From positions 1-55,061 of IMG/VR virus record IMGVR_UViG_3300030109_000603: a DNA stretch of 55,061 nucleotides, one strand, 5' to 3'. Origin of the DNA: a virus (Duplodnaviria > Caudoviricetes). Both the position numbers and the translations under genes were made by a program. Under the pieces are notes generated by a model. It had not been told where the DNA came from and searched no databases. It saw nothing but the letters and a program-made list of their open reading frames with translations. This document shows positions 1-8,980 of the stretch, one piece after another. Numbering within the stretch: position 1 is the first letter of the stretch; each line of letters opens with the position of its first letter.

Positions 1-99
1 ACATCTATTAAGTACTCCTTACGTCCACCAGCATACTGAAACACTCTTGCTTCAGGCCAGCATGTCTTACGATACTCACAACCAGAACAAGCATAAGAG
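1..99 (+). repeat. Terminal overlap copy A (assembly circularity)
   Basis: 1-98 identical to 54963-55060; base 99 (g) differs from 55061 (a). Confidence 0.95.
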
Positions 100-818
100 A
101 GCTTAGTGTTCTCTGATGTATCTGATTGTGGTACAGGTGCTATTCGTTCTTCTGGTAGATCACCAGATACAACCTGTTTAATCTGTGTCACTTCTTTCTT
201 TTTATTTTTAATCTCTTTACTAAAGTCGTATGTATCTAAGCACAATTCAAAACTATCTTTTTGTACGACAAGAAAAGCACCACGTTTTTTATCTGTTACT
301 AGTGGATCATCTTTACCTGCATATACATAAGAACTTAGCTGACTGATATAACCATAGGGATCATCATCACGTAGTGTATGATTCTTAAACTTCTGCATTC
401 CATATCGTGAAGCAGACTTTACATCAATAGTCATACCATCAATGACTGCATCCCTATGACCTTTAATACCATGAACAGATAAACGATCCTGCTCACCTTG
501 TACATCGTGTCCTGCAGCTTTTGCTAGTGCAAGGACTAGGGTTTCTAAAAGATCCCCGTAAAAGAAAAGACCAAGTAGTTGAGGTTTAAGCGGTGCAGCT
601 TCCTCTGTTTTATTTATTCTATACCAAGTCTTTCTTTTACAGGGTGAACCCACAGAGGATAAACTTAAATACCCTCTGGGTTTCTGAGGTTCCTTAAACC
701 TATCGTGTGCAACATCAGCTATATTACGTGCTAAGTATTCCGTAATTGTTCTATCCCACCCACCCTTTCCTTCAATTACAGAATAAATATCTTCTACAAG
801 TGTGTTTATGTTAGGCAT
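1..818 (-). CDS. Cas4-like PD-(D/E)XK exonuclease with Fe-S cysteines (5' part; continues across the junction to 54926)
   Basis: Not in ORF track. Manual translation from ATG 818 (GGAG RBS): MPNINTLVEDIYSVIEG...LSLSSVGSPCKRKTWY...GHRDAVIDGMTIDVKSAS...YISQLSSY...CSGCEYRKTCWP; one N-terminal Cys plus C-terminal CxxCx5C. Confidence 0.85.
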   Translation of the reverse strand, partial: MPNINTLVEDIYSVIEGKGGWDRTITEYLARNIADVAHDRFKEPQKPRGYLSLSSVGSPCKRKTWYRINKTEEAAPLKPQLLGLFFYGDLLETLVLALAKAAGHDVQGEQDRLSVHGIKGHRDAVIDGMTIDVKSASRYGMQKFKNHTLRDDDPYGYISQLSSYVYAGKDDPLVTDKKRGAFLVVQKDSFELCLDTYDFSKEIKNKKKEVTQIKQVVSGDLPEERIAPVPQSDTSENTKLSYACSGCEYRKTCWPEARVFQYAGGRKEYLID

Positions 819-828
819 AACCTACTCC

Positions 829-1368
829 TTAAAATGGGATTTCTTCTGAGGCAAGCTCAACACTATTGGTTTGTGTAGCTGCTACACTACCTGACGTAAT
901 ATCCTTAGTAAAAGGATCTGGGCCAGACATACCTGATGCACCATCATATGATACATGCTTCGTTACTTTAACACGCTCTAATCGTGTAGTAACAGTACTG
1001 TACTGTTTGTTCTTGTAGATATCTAGTTCTACCAGAACTTCAGAACCATTGCCGATAGGACCATCAGCTTCAAAATCCCAGACAGTACCATCTGGTTTGT
1101 ACACCGCAGGTGCTCCACCATCCCAATCATTAGGGGTGTCAAACTTACGTGTAAACTTGAAGGCACGTCCTCGTCCTTCTGGATCATCCTTACCTGATGA
1201 CATACAGCCAGCAGCTTTAATACGTGCTGTATTCTCCTCGTCAAGAATCATCTCAATTGTACACCGTCCATCGGTATCACGCCATTGACCCTGATACCCA
1301 TCAAGGTCACGGTTTTCTTCAAATACTTTTGCCCATTGAGCAATACCTGTTACTGTTATTTTAGCCAT
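829..1368 (-). CDS. Single-stranded DNA-binding protein (T7 gp2.5-like)
   Basis: Lies next to PolA; acidic C-terminal tail ending EEIPF; PIGNGSEV motif. Confidence 0.75.
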   Translation of the reverse strand: MAKITVTGIAQWAKVFEENRDLDGYQGQWRDTDGRCTIEMILDEENTARIKAAGCMSSGKDDPEGRGRAFKFTRKFDTPNDWDGGAPAVYKPDGTVWDFEADGPIGNGSEVLVELDIYKNKQYSTVTTRLERVKVTKHVSYDGASGMSGPDPFTKDITSGSVAATQTNSVELASEEIPF

Positions 1369-1397
1369 TAGCTACTCCTTTTAAAGTTTAGAATTGA

Positions 1398-1427
1398 ATT
1401 GTAGCATGTATTAAAAAGAACATGCAA
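1398..1427 (-). promoter_or_regulatory. Sigma70-like promoter for ssb (TTGCAT-N18-TACAAT, extended -10 TG)
   Basis: Read on the minus strand in the PolA/SSB intergenic gap. Confidence 0.5.
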
Positions 1428-1435
1428 GAACTTTT

Positions 1436-3268
1436 TTAATGTATCTCGGAATATTTATTTCCGAACTGTACATCTATACCTAGATCAACATTTAGATTTA
1501 ACTCCTCATTTAGTTTATTAATAGCATTGACAAGCCTACGTTGGTGTCGTTCTTCATCACCTTTTTTAACAAGATTAATTGATTCATCATGGAACTGACC
1601 TACAATATTAGGTCTTGCTACACGATAATAAGCTACCCACTTATCAAAACAGTAAGCACCTGTAGATTGGTTGAGTGTAGAGAATACATCCTTCTCATAT
1701 CGAAGAGTATGCCAGAACTTACTAACAGGATTTTGTACCCACATCTGTCCATTGATAAGTTTAACTTTCTTTAGGTTGTCTGCAGAAAACTGTGCGACAG
1801 CCCAGTTACGTTGCCAGTATGCATTCAAAAGTTTCTTAGCTTCTGCTTCTGTCATACCAGTTTCTCTGGATAACTTAGCTGCACCAACACCGTAAGTTGC
1901 AGAATAGTTAACCACCTTATAGTTTTTACGAAGTGTTTTTAAACTGATCTGACCTGCATTATGTTTGTTAATGTCATCTTGTGTGACTGCTCCTGCATGT
2001 TTAGCTAAGTCTAAGTGTGGATCAAACCCATCCTGAGACATTTCTTCTACATACTTAGGGTCGTATGGTTTCATATAGTGTCGCTTGGTTGTATCTTCAA
2101 GTGATGTCATATCTGCACCACATAATACATAACCTTCTGGTGCTACAAGACAACCACGTATTTCCTTGCCCCAAGGTTTATCTATACCGGGAAGATTTAC
2201 TAAAGGCTTTCTATGTTTAAAGCGTAATGTATTAGTAAGGCCATCAATCTCTGCCTTAACATACCCATTCACTTCACAATCAAGCATACCTTCAAAGATA
2301 CCTAGTCTATGTTGGATTACTGTAAGCCCATCAAGTACACCTACTGTAGGATTATTATTAATTAATAATTTAACTGAGCTAGTAAGCTCACCATTCTTTC
2401 GTACCTGTGGGATCTTACGATCTTCAACAAACTTAAATGTACAAGGCTTCCAACCTAGATCGAACAGCCATGCTTTTACCTGATCACTTGACTTAGGATT
2501 AGGTTCCTCAACTCCTTTTACTATTTCTATTTCACCGATATAGTCAGAGGGATGCATGTGCTCTAGAAGTAAAGCATTCCATTCAGCACCCTGTTTAGAT
2601 AGGGAACCATCTTTCTTGTACATTACCTTTGGCTTTGACTTCTTTCTAAACAAAGTACGCATAGGCATTACTGTTTTTAACTCAGTAATCTTTTGCTCTT
2701 GTTCAGCTTTCAGTTTAGCTACACAATCTTTAGCAAGATTAATGTCAAGCTTCCAACCACTTTCCTCTGCAGCATACGCACACTTCATCTTGAAAGTAAG
2801 ATACTGCAAGAATCTATCAAGATTATCTTTATCTTTATAGACCATCATAAATCTTTGGATAAGATTTTTCCACAAAGAACAGGTAATCCTTACATCTTCA
2901 ATACATCTTTTCTCATACTCTTGTCGAGACAAGTTTTGCCAATCATCAATCTTTGGTTTAGGTATACCAAAGTCTTCACCAAAAGTATCAAGATTGTGTT
3001 TGGGTCTATCAGTATTAATTACCCACGACATAGGTAATGTATCATACAACTTAGCTTTGATCTTAATGCCTAAGATCTTTTCAAGTAATGGTACATCATA
3101 ACGTACAATGTTATGACCTATCAAAACCTTTTGATATTGTAGTATTTGCCTAATAAGTTTTTCATCGTGAGTTGTCTTTACTGTAACTCCATTGTTATCA
3201 GACCAAGACATGCAATGTATTTTAGTGGCATCTTCTAAAAGGCCATCTGCTTCTATATCAAATATCAT
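1436..3268 (-). CDS. polA: Family A DNA polymerase with 3'-5' exonuclease
   Basis: ExoI FDIEAD, ExoII GHNIVRYD, motif A GADMTSLE, motif B KVVNYSATYG, motif C FHDE. Confidence 0.95.
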   Translation of the reverse strand: MIFDIEADGLLEDATKIHCMSWSDNNGVTVKTTHDEKLIRQILQYQKVLIGHNIVRYDVPLLEKILGIKIKAKLYDTLPMSWVINTDRPKHNLDTFGEDFGIPKPKIDDWQNLSRQEYEKRCIEDVRITCSLWKNLIQRFMMVYKDKDNLDRFLQYLTFKMKCAYAAEESGWKLDINLAKDCVAKLKAEQEQKITELKTVMPMRTLFRKKSKPKVMYKKDGSLSKQGAEWNALLLEHMHPSDYIGEIEIVKGVEEPNPKSSDQVKAWLFDLGWKPCTFKFVEDRKIPQVRKNGELTSSVKLLINNNPTVGVLDGLTVIQHRLGIFEGMLDCEVNGYVKAEIDGLTNTLRFKHRKPLVNLPGIDKPWGKEIRGCLVAPEGYVLCGADMTSLEDTTKRHYMKPYDPKYVEEMSQDGFDPHLDLAKHAGAVTQDDINKHNAGQISLKTLRKNYKVVNYSATYGVGAAKLSRETGMTEAEAKKLLNAYWQRNWAVAQFSADNLKKVKLINGQMWVQNPVSKFWHTLRYEKDVFSTLNQSTGAYCFDKWVAYYRVARPNIVGQFHDESINLVKKGDEERHQRRLVNAINKLNEELNLNVDLGIDVQFGNKYSEIH

Positions 3269-4866
3269 TACGCCACCTGCGATTCTTGTGTGAACAAGTC
3301 CTCTCTCAGTATGGTTGTGGATGGGTCATAGTATACCGATCCTGCCCTACCTAACTTAGCAAAGGGTCTGTTTTTATCTACGATAAAGTTTGTTGTGTTC
3401 TGTTCTACTTCGTCCTCACTTTCTGCTGTACGTTCTAGCTTGATACAAATGATTGCCTCTTCCTCAAGTGATGCAGCATACTTGGTACGCCCATCGTCAT
3501 TGACCTGAGAGATAAAGATAACACCAATGTTTAACTCCTTAGCCAACTGAGCCATGCGTGAGCCTAGTGTAGTAAGTGTACTGGTAGCACCATCTACACC
3601 TGAGTTAGATAGGTAGGCTAGACGTTGTACATGGTCGATAAAGATATAACCTGCACCATACACCGTAACAGCTAGACGTACATAGTCGAGCAGCTTGAGT
3701 GGATCATCGTGTGACATCATCTCAAAGATGATTGTCTTCTCACCCTTGGTTGCAATCTTAGCAGCCTCAATAACATTCTTCTCTGATACATTGTTGTTAG
3801 CAGCATCTTCTTTAGTTCTAACGTTAACACCTAGCTCATAGGTAGCCATAGCACGGTAGGTAGTAGACTTCATCTCTTCCATGTGTAGCATAGCTATAGC
3901 ATTGTCACCGTTATTCAGTAAGCCTGTCTCAAAGTATCTGATTACTTCTGTCTTACCTGTACCACGAGGAGCTTTGATAAAGGTGAGTCCACCCTTGACC
4001 ATGCCACGTATCTTATCATCCAAACCAGTATGACCTGTAGGTACATACTCGTAGGGATTCTCATTAATAATAGCTGCCTCAACATCAGCATCAGAACAAA
4101 AGAAGTTCTCTGGTGTATAACGTTGTGGTGATCGTGCAGCCCACATAAGTTTTTCATGCTTGCCTGTCTCAAGGAACTCATTAGCATCTTTGCATTCTGT
4201 CATAGGTACAAAATAAAACTTCTCTGGAAATGCCTGATACAACTTATCTGCAGCCCTACGTCCAGCATCATCTAGCTCACCTGCATACACTATCTCTTTA
4301 AACGATGATAGGTATTTAAGATTGTGTTTGATGAACTTCTCACCAATGGATGCAGAGGGTAGTGACTTAACAGGGAATGTCTTACCAAGTATCTGATACA
4401 AGCTAGCTGCATCAAACTCACCCTCAGTAATATAAATACGTTTACCTGTACCTGCATTAAACTCAGGGCCAAACAGGTGATTCATACCTACACCACGATC
4501 TTTGATCCATGATTTAGATTTGTCATTACACATGCGATATTTAATAGTATGGGGATACTTGTATGCATATCGTACATCTTCACCATTCGGGCCTGTCTGT
4601 ATTTGTATGCCGTACAGCTTACATACATCAGGATCAATGCCCCTGATGCCATCATACTTAACACCAGTAACCTGCACATTCTGTGGCTGTATACGTTCTT
4701 TTAGTGGGTAATCTTGCTTAACCCAATCGTAAGTTTCTGGCATGTTCTTCATTGGATATGCCCTACTGCATGAGTGGCAGTGACCGTAGCCATCATCATT
4801 CCAATTGAATGCATCTGATGAACCGCAGTCTGTATAAGGACATGGTGAATGTGGATTATCTGACAT
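3268..4866 (-). CDS. T7 gp4-like primase-helicase
   Basis: N-terminal Zn finger CPYTDC...CHSC, TOPRIM ITEGEFDA, Walker A APRGTGKT, IFIDH, SF4 ISQVN. Confidence 0.93.
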   Translation of the reverse strand: MSDNPHSPCPYTDCGSSDAFNWNDDGYGHCHSCSRAYPMKNMPETYDWVKQDYPLKERIQPQNVQVTGVKYDGIRGIDPDVCKLYGIQIQTGPNGEDVRYAYKYPHTIKYRMCNDKSKSWIKDRGVGMNHLFGPEFNAGTGKRIYITEGEFDAASLYQILGKTFPVKSLPSASIGEKFIKHNLKYLSSFKEIVYAGELDDAGRRAADKLYQAFPEKFYFVPMTECKDANEFLETGKHEKLMWAARSPQRYTPENFFCSDADVEAAIINENPYEYVPTGHTGLDDKIRGMVKGGLTFIKAPRGTGKTEVIRYFETGLLNNGDNAIAMLHMEEMKSTTYRAMATYELGVNVRTKEDAANNNVSEKNVIEAAKIATKGEKTIIFEMMSHDDPLKLLDYVRLAVTVYGAGYIFIDHVQRLAYLSNSGVDGATSTLTTLGSRMAQLAKELNIGVIFISQVNDDGRTKYAASLEEEAIICIKLERTAESEDEVEQNTTNFIVDKNRPFAKLGRAGSVYYDPSTTILREDLFTQESQVA

Positions 4867-4982
4867 TTGTTTTTCCTTTTATCAAAGGTTTAATAATTCT
4901 GAAAGCCAAGTATAACAGCCAAAGAGGAATGAATGCAAGGCTTATCAATACGACAGACAAAGAAATTAAATGTGGAATGTTC

Positions 4983-5216
4983 TCAATCCCCAACAAAAGT
5001 TCTATTCCTTTGAGTAGATCTTGTGCGTTCTTCCTTTGTCATAGGTCTTATGTATCGTTCATAGTCTACTACGATACCTGTATTCCATCTTGTTAATTCA
5101 TCCTCTGCTTCTGCTCTTGTTTTAAACAAAAGAACTTCTGAATCGTAAGTCCAAGGGTTCTCTTTTCGTACTAAAGTGTACTCACCTTTTTCTATTTCAA
5201 TCTGAACTGCATACAT
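4983..5216 (-). CDS. Hypothetical protein
   Basis: ORF with AGGAG RBS, co-oriented in operon. Confidence 0.7.
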   Translation of the reverse strand: MYAVQIEIEKGEYTLVRKENPWTYDSEVLLFKTRAEAEDELTRWNTGIVVDYERYIRPMTKEERTRSTQRNRTFVGD

Positions 5217-5367
5217 CTTTACTCCTTTCTGATTCTAAACCTCGCTTTACTAACTCAACAAAGCCAACATCAAAGATAGCCATAAAAGTTTCTGGATCAC
5301 ACTCTACTTGTAGTGTAGCACTACCATCCTCGTGTTCTTCTATATCAGTTATTTTTATTTCATTCAT
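5197..5367 (-). CDS. Small hypothetical protein (56 aa, MNEIKITDIEEHEDGSATL...)
   Basis: Manual translation; AGGAG RBS; fills operon gap; below ORF-track cutoff. Confidence 0.65.
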   Translation of the reverse strand: MNEIKITDIEEHEDGSATLQVECDPETFMAIFDVGFVELVKRGLESERSKDVCSSD

Positions 5368-5515
5368 CACTTACTCCTATACATGGTAATAAAATAGTCT
5401 GCTTACAGTAACGTGGGAACTCGTCATAAGTCATAGCAATTAATATTGGTAGACCTGCTATTATAAATGCTACAATAGCTGATGCCTTGATTGCTCCATT
5501 AATATTACCTCTCAT
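5360..5515 (-). CDS. Small membrane protein
   Basis: Hydrophobic segment AIVAFIIAGLPILIAM; probable start MRGNING coupled to the thyX stop. Confidence 0.55.
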   Translation of the reverse strand: MRGNINGAIKASAIVAFIIAGLPILIAMTYDEFPRYCKQTILLPCIGVSDE

Positions 5516-6168
5516 TATACGTTCTCCCTTAATGCTTTCCACGACACAGGAAATAGGTCAATCATCGTATGGTCAATCTCCAACGCTACTTGTTGTGTCT
5601 CAACTTGTGTATCATACGAACAACGAAGCTTACACATGTCAGCAAAGGCATCTAAGCTACCTGACCAGTACCACTCAGTCATCATAGACTGAGGCAGAAC
5701 CATACGGGCTTGCTCAGGGCATACGCCTATATCTAACAGAAGTCTATACCGTCCAATAGCTTCATCGTATACATCCTCTACAATATCATTTGATATAGTT
5801 ATGGTACCTTCAGACCCCTGCTTCTTATCTTCACTACGTCCACGCCAATCTGTAGGTACATAAAACTCAGGCTCACTGTCCACATACCTACGACTAATCT
5901 CATTCCAACGTAGGAACTTATGCTTAACTAGCTGACGTGCCACAAAGACAGGGGCTTTAACATGAAAGGATGCGAAGCAATGCCCAAAGGGGCTGATGTG
6001 CTTATGCTTGGCTAAGTAACGAATAAGCTTGGCATCCTTGTCTTTCAACTTAGGTGGACCCCATACGTCACTCGTATCCATTTCACTTTTCTTACCAAAG
6101 CTTACACGAGCAGCATTAGCTACTGTCAAGTCAGTACCCATGTGATCTATACATGTTACTTCAATCAT
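5515..6168 (-). CDS. thyX: Flavin-dependent thymidylate synthase
   Basis: AARVS, HISPF, ARQLVKHK...NEISRRY (variant of RHRx7SxR), PEQARMVLP. Confidence 0.93.
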   Translation of the reverse strand: MIEVTCIDHMGTDLTVANAARVSFGKKSEMDTSDVWGPPKLKDKDAKLIRYLAKHKHISPFGHCFASFHVKAPVFVARQLVKHKFLRWNEISRRYVDSEPEFYVPTDWRGRSEDKKQGSEGTITISNDIVEDVYDEAIGRYRLLLDIGVCPEQARMVLPQSMMTEWYWSGSLDAFADMCKLRCSYDTQVETQQVALEIDHTMIDLFPVSWKALRENV

Positions 6169-6374
6169 TAATAATCTCCTACGTTAGTAGGTGAGTAAAC
6201 CTCACCATTATACTTACTACCAGTTGCATTCTTACCTGTTTCAACACCGTTGTTACACCCAACAATTACGACAAGTAAACCTACACCAATCCATGTACAT
6301 GCAATTTTTGTCCATCGTAGAAACTCAACGTATGTTTTTTCTGCTTCTATTTGTGCAGCTTCTCTAGGTGTCAT
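6168..6374 (-). CDS. Small membrane protein
   Basis: One hydrophobic segment followed by GC; translationally coupled. Confidence 0.6.
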   Translation of the reverse strand: MTPREAAQIEAEKTYVEFLRWTKIACTWIGVGLLVVIVGCNNGVETGKNATGSKYNGEVYSPTNVGDY

Positions 6375-6586
6375 TAGTTTCTACCCTCTTCTTCAGGATC
6401 TACATAATTGTAATTACTTACATCACCACCCAATAAACTTATAGCATCTATTAAATTATTATGTATATCATAGTACAAACAGCCATGTATTGATGATACA
6501 GCATTACTACTAAGTACATCATCACTACCATCAAGCAAATACTTTAATGATCTTATAACAGTTTCTGGACTATGTTCTTTCATCAC
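6374..6586 (-). CDS. Hypothetical protein
   Basis: ORF in operon. Confidence 0.6.
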   Translation of the reverse strand: MMKEHSPETVIRSLKYLLDGSDDVLSSNAVSSIHGCLYYDIHNNLIDAISLLGGDVSNYNYVDPEEEGRN

Positions 6587-6701
6587 TCTTTCCTTTGTGT
6601 TTTTCTTTTCGTTTAGGTACAGGTTTTTTCTTATCAGGTATTACCTGTTGTTTATACTTAGGTTGCCTAAGATCTTTAGCCATTGGGTTAGGTTTTTTCA
6701 T
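6570..6701 (-). CDS. Small basic protein (MKKPNPMAKDLRQPKYKQQVIPDKKK...)
   Basis: Manual translation; AGGAG upstream; fills gap downstream of integrase. Confidence 0.55.
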   Translation of the reverse strand: MKKPNPMAKDLRQPKYKQQVIPDKKKPVPKRKEKHKGKSDERT

Positions 6702-7785
6702 TACCCTTTCTCCTATCTAATGCAGACTTAGCTGCAGCATAAGTATGCTTATGGTATGGATTAAGTGACGAGATATTCTGATGTCCTGTCACTGACATAA
6801 TAGCTAGATGATCTACCTCTGAGTCAATCATTTCCACAATGGCACTCTTTCGCAAGTCACCAACACGTAAGTCATCAGGTAGTTCAGCAGCAGCTTTAAC
6901 TTGGTTAGCGAGTACCGATACCTGACCAATGTTTAACGGCCTGTAAGCACCATCAGATGGCCTCTGGTGGGGAACTACATAGTCTTGGAACCCCCAATCT
7001 TTCTCCTGCTGAGTGAGCATCTCCATTATCTCGTCAGAGATGGGTAACTCTACCTCTGCCCCACGTTTAGTTTGTTTTATCTTAACCTTTTTATCTTTAA
7101 AGTTTATCGAAGACCACTTCAATAATCTTATATCAGTAGGTCTTTGCGCCCACTCATAGCACATCAATACAATCAGCCCTACATTACGCCAATCAAAATC
7201 AGTAAATGCAGTATCAAGAAACTTTTCTACCTGTTCTTGTGTCCATGTTGTATTCCTTGTTTCATGCTTTCTCTTACGAACTTTAGACATAGGGTTATAC
7301 ATAATTAAATCAATAGATATACAAAAATTTATTAGTAATGAAAATATTCTTGAACACTGATTCCCTTTTGACACACTCACACTTTCACACCATTCTTCGT
7401 AGGCTTCTGTGCAGTGTAAGGAAGTAAGATCTTTAATCTTAATATTACCTAGCTTCTTACTGCCTATGTTTGTGTTAGCAATAGCATCCATAGTATTATC
7501 ATAAGTTCTCTGTGAGTTGTATGCCAACTGTCTAAAGTGTGTAGTGGTCACATAGTATTTGTATATCTGCAATATCGTAGAGTTAGAGCCAATGTTACCT
7601 GCGACAATATCCCCACGTCTAAAGGCTTCTACCTTTTCTACTAGTCTAGGTATTTCATACCTAGCAGCCCTACCATCACGAAAGGTTTGTCTTTGTACAA
7701 CACCAGCATCAATGGCATCTTGTGGTGGCAAGAACTTCCATGCAGGGCCAGTCTTTAAGACTACCTTCTTAGTATATTTATACAT
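6688..7785 (-). CDS. int: Tyrosine recombinase / integrase
   Basis: Catalytic R (WAQRPTDI), K (QTKRG), DLRKSA (HxxR variant), TGH, Tyr in NPYH; 365 aa. Confidence 0.9.
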   Translation of the reverse strand: MYKYTKKVVLKTGPAWKFLPPQDAIDAGVVQRQTFRDGRAARYEIPRLVEKVEAFRRGDIVAGNIGSNSTILQIYKYYVTTTHFRQLAYNSQRTYDNTMDAIANTNIGSKKLGNIKIKDLTSLHCTEAYEEWCESVSVSKGNQCSRIFSLLINFCISIDLIMYNPMSKVRKRKHETRNTTWTQEQVEKFLDTAFTDFDWRNVGLIVLMCYEWAQRPTDIRLLKWSSINFKDKKVKIKQTKRGAEVELPISDEIMEMLTQQEKDWGFQDYVVPHQRPSDGAYRPLNIGQVSVLANQVKAAAELPDDLRVGDLRKSAIVEMIDSEVDHLAIMSVTGHQNISSLNPYHKHTYAAAKSALDRRKGNEKT

Positions 7786-7807
7786 AATAGTTAATCCTTA
7801 AAAGATA

Positions 7808-7849
7808 AGTATAGCATAACAGGATACTGTAAAACAATACCCTGTTATT
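7808..7849 (-). promoter_or_regulatory. Putative integrase promoter (TTGTTT-N18-TATACT, extended -10) overlapped by inverted repeat ATAACAGG...CCTGTTAT
   Basis: Intergenic region directly upstream of int. Confidence 0.45.
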
Positions 7850-7852
7850 TAT

Positions 7853-8053
7853 TTATACTTTGAAGCCATCATCTTTCCAAGACATAACCTCACTGATCTT
7901 CTCAATGTCACATAAACTTTTTATACATTCGTATATTTTTACATGACAATCTTGATAAGATACTTTGTTAGCAAAGTCTACGCTATCCGAAAGTAGATCC
8001 TGATAGGTAGTCGCTACTGTTTCATCCTTATGGGTTACTTCTACATAATACAT
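7853..8053 (-). CDS. Hypothetical early protein
   Basis: ORF in early operon. Confidence 0.6.
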   Translation of the reverse strand: MYYVEVTHKDETVATTYQDLLSDSVDFANKVSYQDCHVKIYECIKSLCDIEKISEVMSWKDDGFKV

Positions 8054-8057
8054 AACA

Positions 8058-8318
8058 CTAACGTTTACCCCCTTGTATCACAATTAGTTGTGGACTTTTT
8101 GGTTTTGAAGTTAATACGCTTCTCAATTCTTCGTACCTTTCTAAGTTGTAGTCTCGCATTTTTATTACAGGCTCAGTATCCATGATGTCAAAGACTGCAT
8201 TAGGAAATGCTTCTTCTAGTTTTTCACAGATAAGACTAGCACTTTCAATAGTAGAGCACCGCATAACAAGACACTCTTCTAGTTCATCTACATACATTTC
8301 TACTACGTAGTAATCCAT
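8058..8318 (-). CDS. Hypothetical early protein
   Basis: ORF with RBS; C-terminal LIVIQGGK. Confidence 0.65.
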   Translation of the reverse strand: MDYYVVEMYVDELEECLVMRCSTIESASLICEKLEEAFPNAVFDIMDTEPVIKMRDYNLERYEELRSVLTSKPKSPQLIVIQGGKR

Positions 8319-8440
8319 CTGTTACCTTTCTCTATTGCCTTTGCATATTCAATAGCAACGTTTTTATTAGTGCATATGATGACGATTTTACCATCGTCAC
8401 CATATACAATCCACTTAGATTTTCTCTGCACTAAGTACAT
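8303..8440 (-). CDS. Small hypothetical protein (MYLVQRKSKWIVYGDDGKIVII...)
   Basis: Manual translation; fills gap between two ORFs. Confidence 0.5.
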   Translation of the reverse strand: MYLVQRKSKWIVYGDDGKIVIICTNKNVAIEYAKAIEKGNRWITT

Positions 8441-8659
8441 CTACCCTGCAAAGTGATATAGCTTACGCCCATAAGCATGTTCAACATACAGGCTACGCTT
8501 ACCAAGGTGGTAGGCATTCATAGTACCTAAAGGTTCATACTTAAACCAGCCACGAGATTTGTGGTTACGCTTACGGTATAATCCTTTTACACCTAAGATG
8601 TTGAAACGAAACCCTTTTGTTCCGTCATTGAGTGGTTTAGTTGCTACTAGTACAAACAT
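8441..8659 (-). CDS. Hypothetical early protein
   Basis: AGGAG RBS, basic 72 aa ORF. Confidence 0.65.
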   Translation of the reverse strand: MFVLVATKPLNDGTKGFRFNILGVKGLYRKRNHKSRGWFKYEPLGTMNAYHLGKRSLYVEHAYGRKLYHFAG

Positions 8660-8681
8660 GTTTTTCTCCTTTGTGTTTGTA

Positions 8682-8963
8682 TTAAGAATAATAAGGGTGA
8701 TTGCAGAGGTGAGGAAATGCCATTCTTAACCTACTTTCTGCTCTAGATATACTTCTAGCATCATCTATCGTAATGTCAAACATTTCGTTAAGATTGCCTT
8801 CCGCTTCTTGTATTGTTTCATAGGCAAATTTAATTGCAGTTATTTGTTCTTCTGTCAAGTTACTGCACTTTTCTTCAAGCTCTATCCTACGTGCTTCTCG
8901 TTTGTCTGCCCACTCTTGATGGTTCTTTGCGATTTCTTCTGGTGTCATTGTAGTTCCTTTCAT
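8682..8963 (-). CDS. Hypothetical early protein
   Basis: ORF starting immediately after palindrome copy 1. Confidence 0.7.
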   Translation of the reverse strand: MKGTTMTPEEIAKNHQEWADKREARRIELEEKCSNLTEEQITAIKFAYETIQEAEGNLNEMFDITIDDARSISRAESRLRMAFPHLCNHPYYS

Positions 8964-8980
8964 TCTCGGAAATTCCGTGA
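8964..8980. promoter_or_regulatory. 17-bp palindrome copy 1 (TCTCGGAAATTCCGTGA)
   Basis: Exactly fills the gap between stop 8981 and start 8963. Confidence 0.85.

Noticed and set aside
1444-1464. TCTCGGA...TTCCGA resembling an eighth palindrome copy
   Set aside because: Spacer is too long and it lies inside the polA coding end; likely chance
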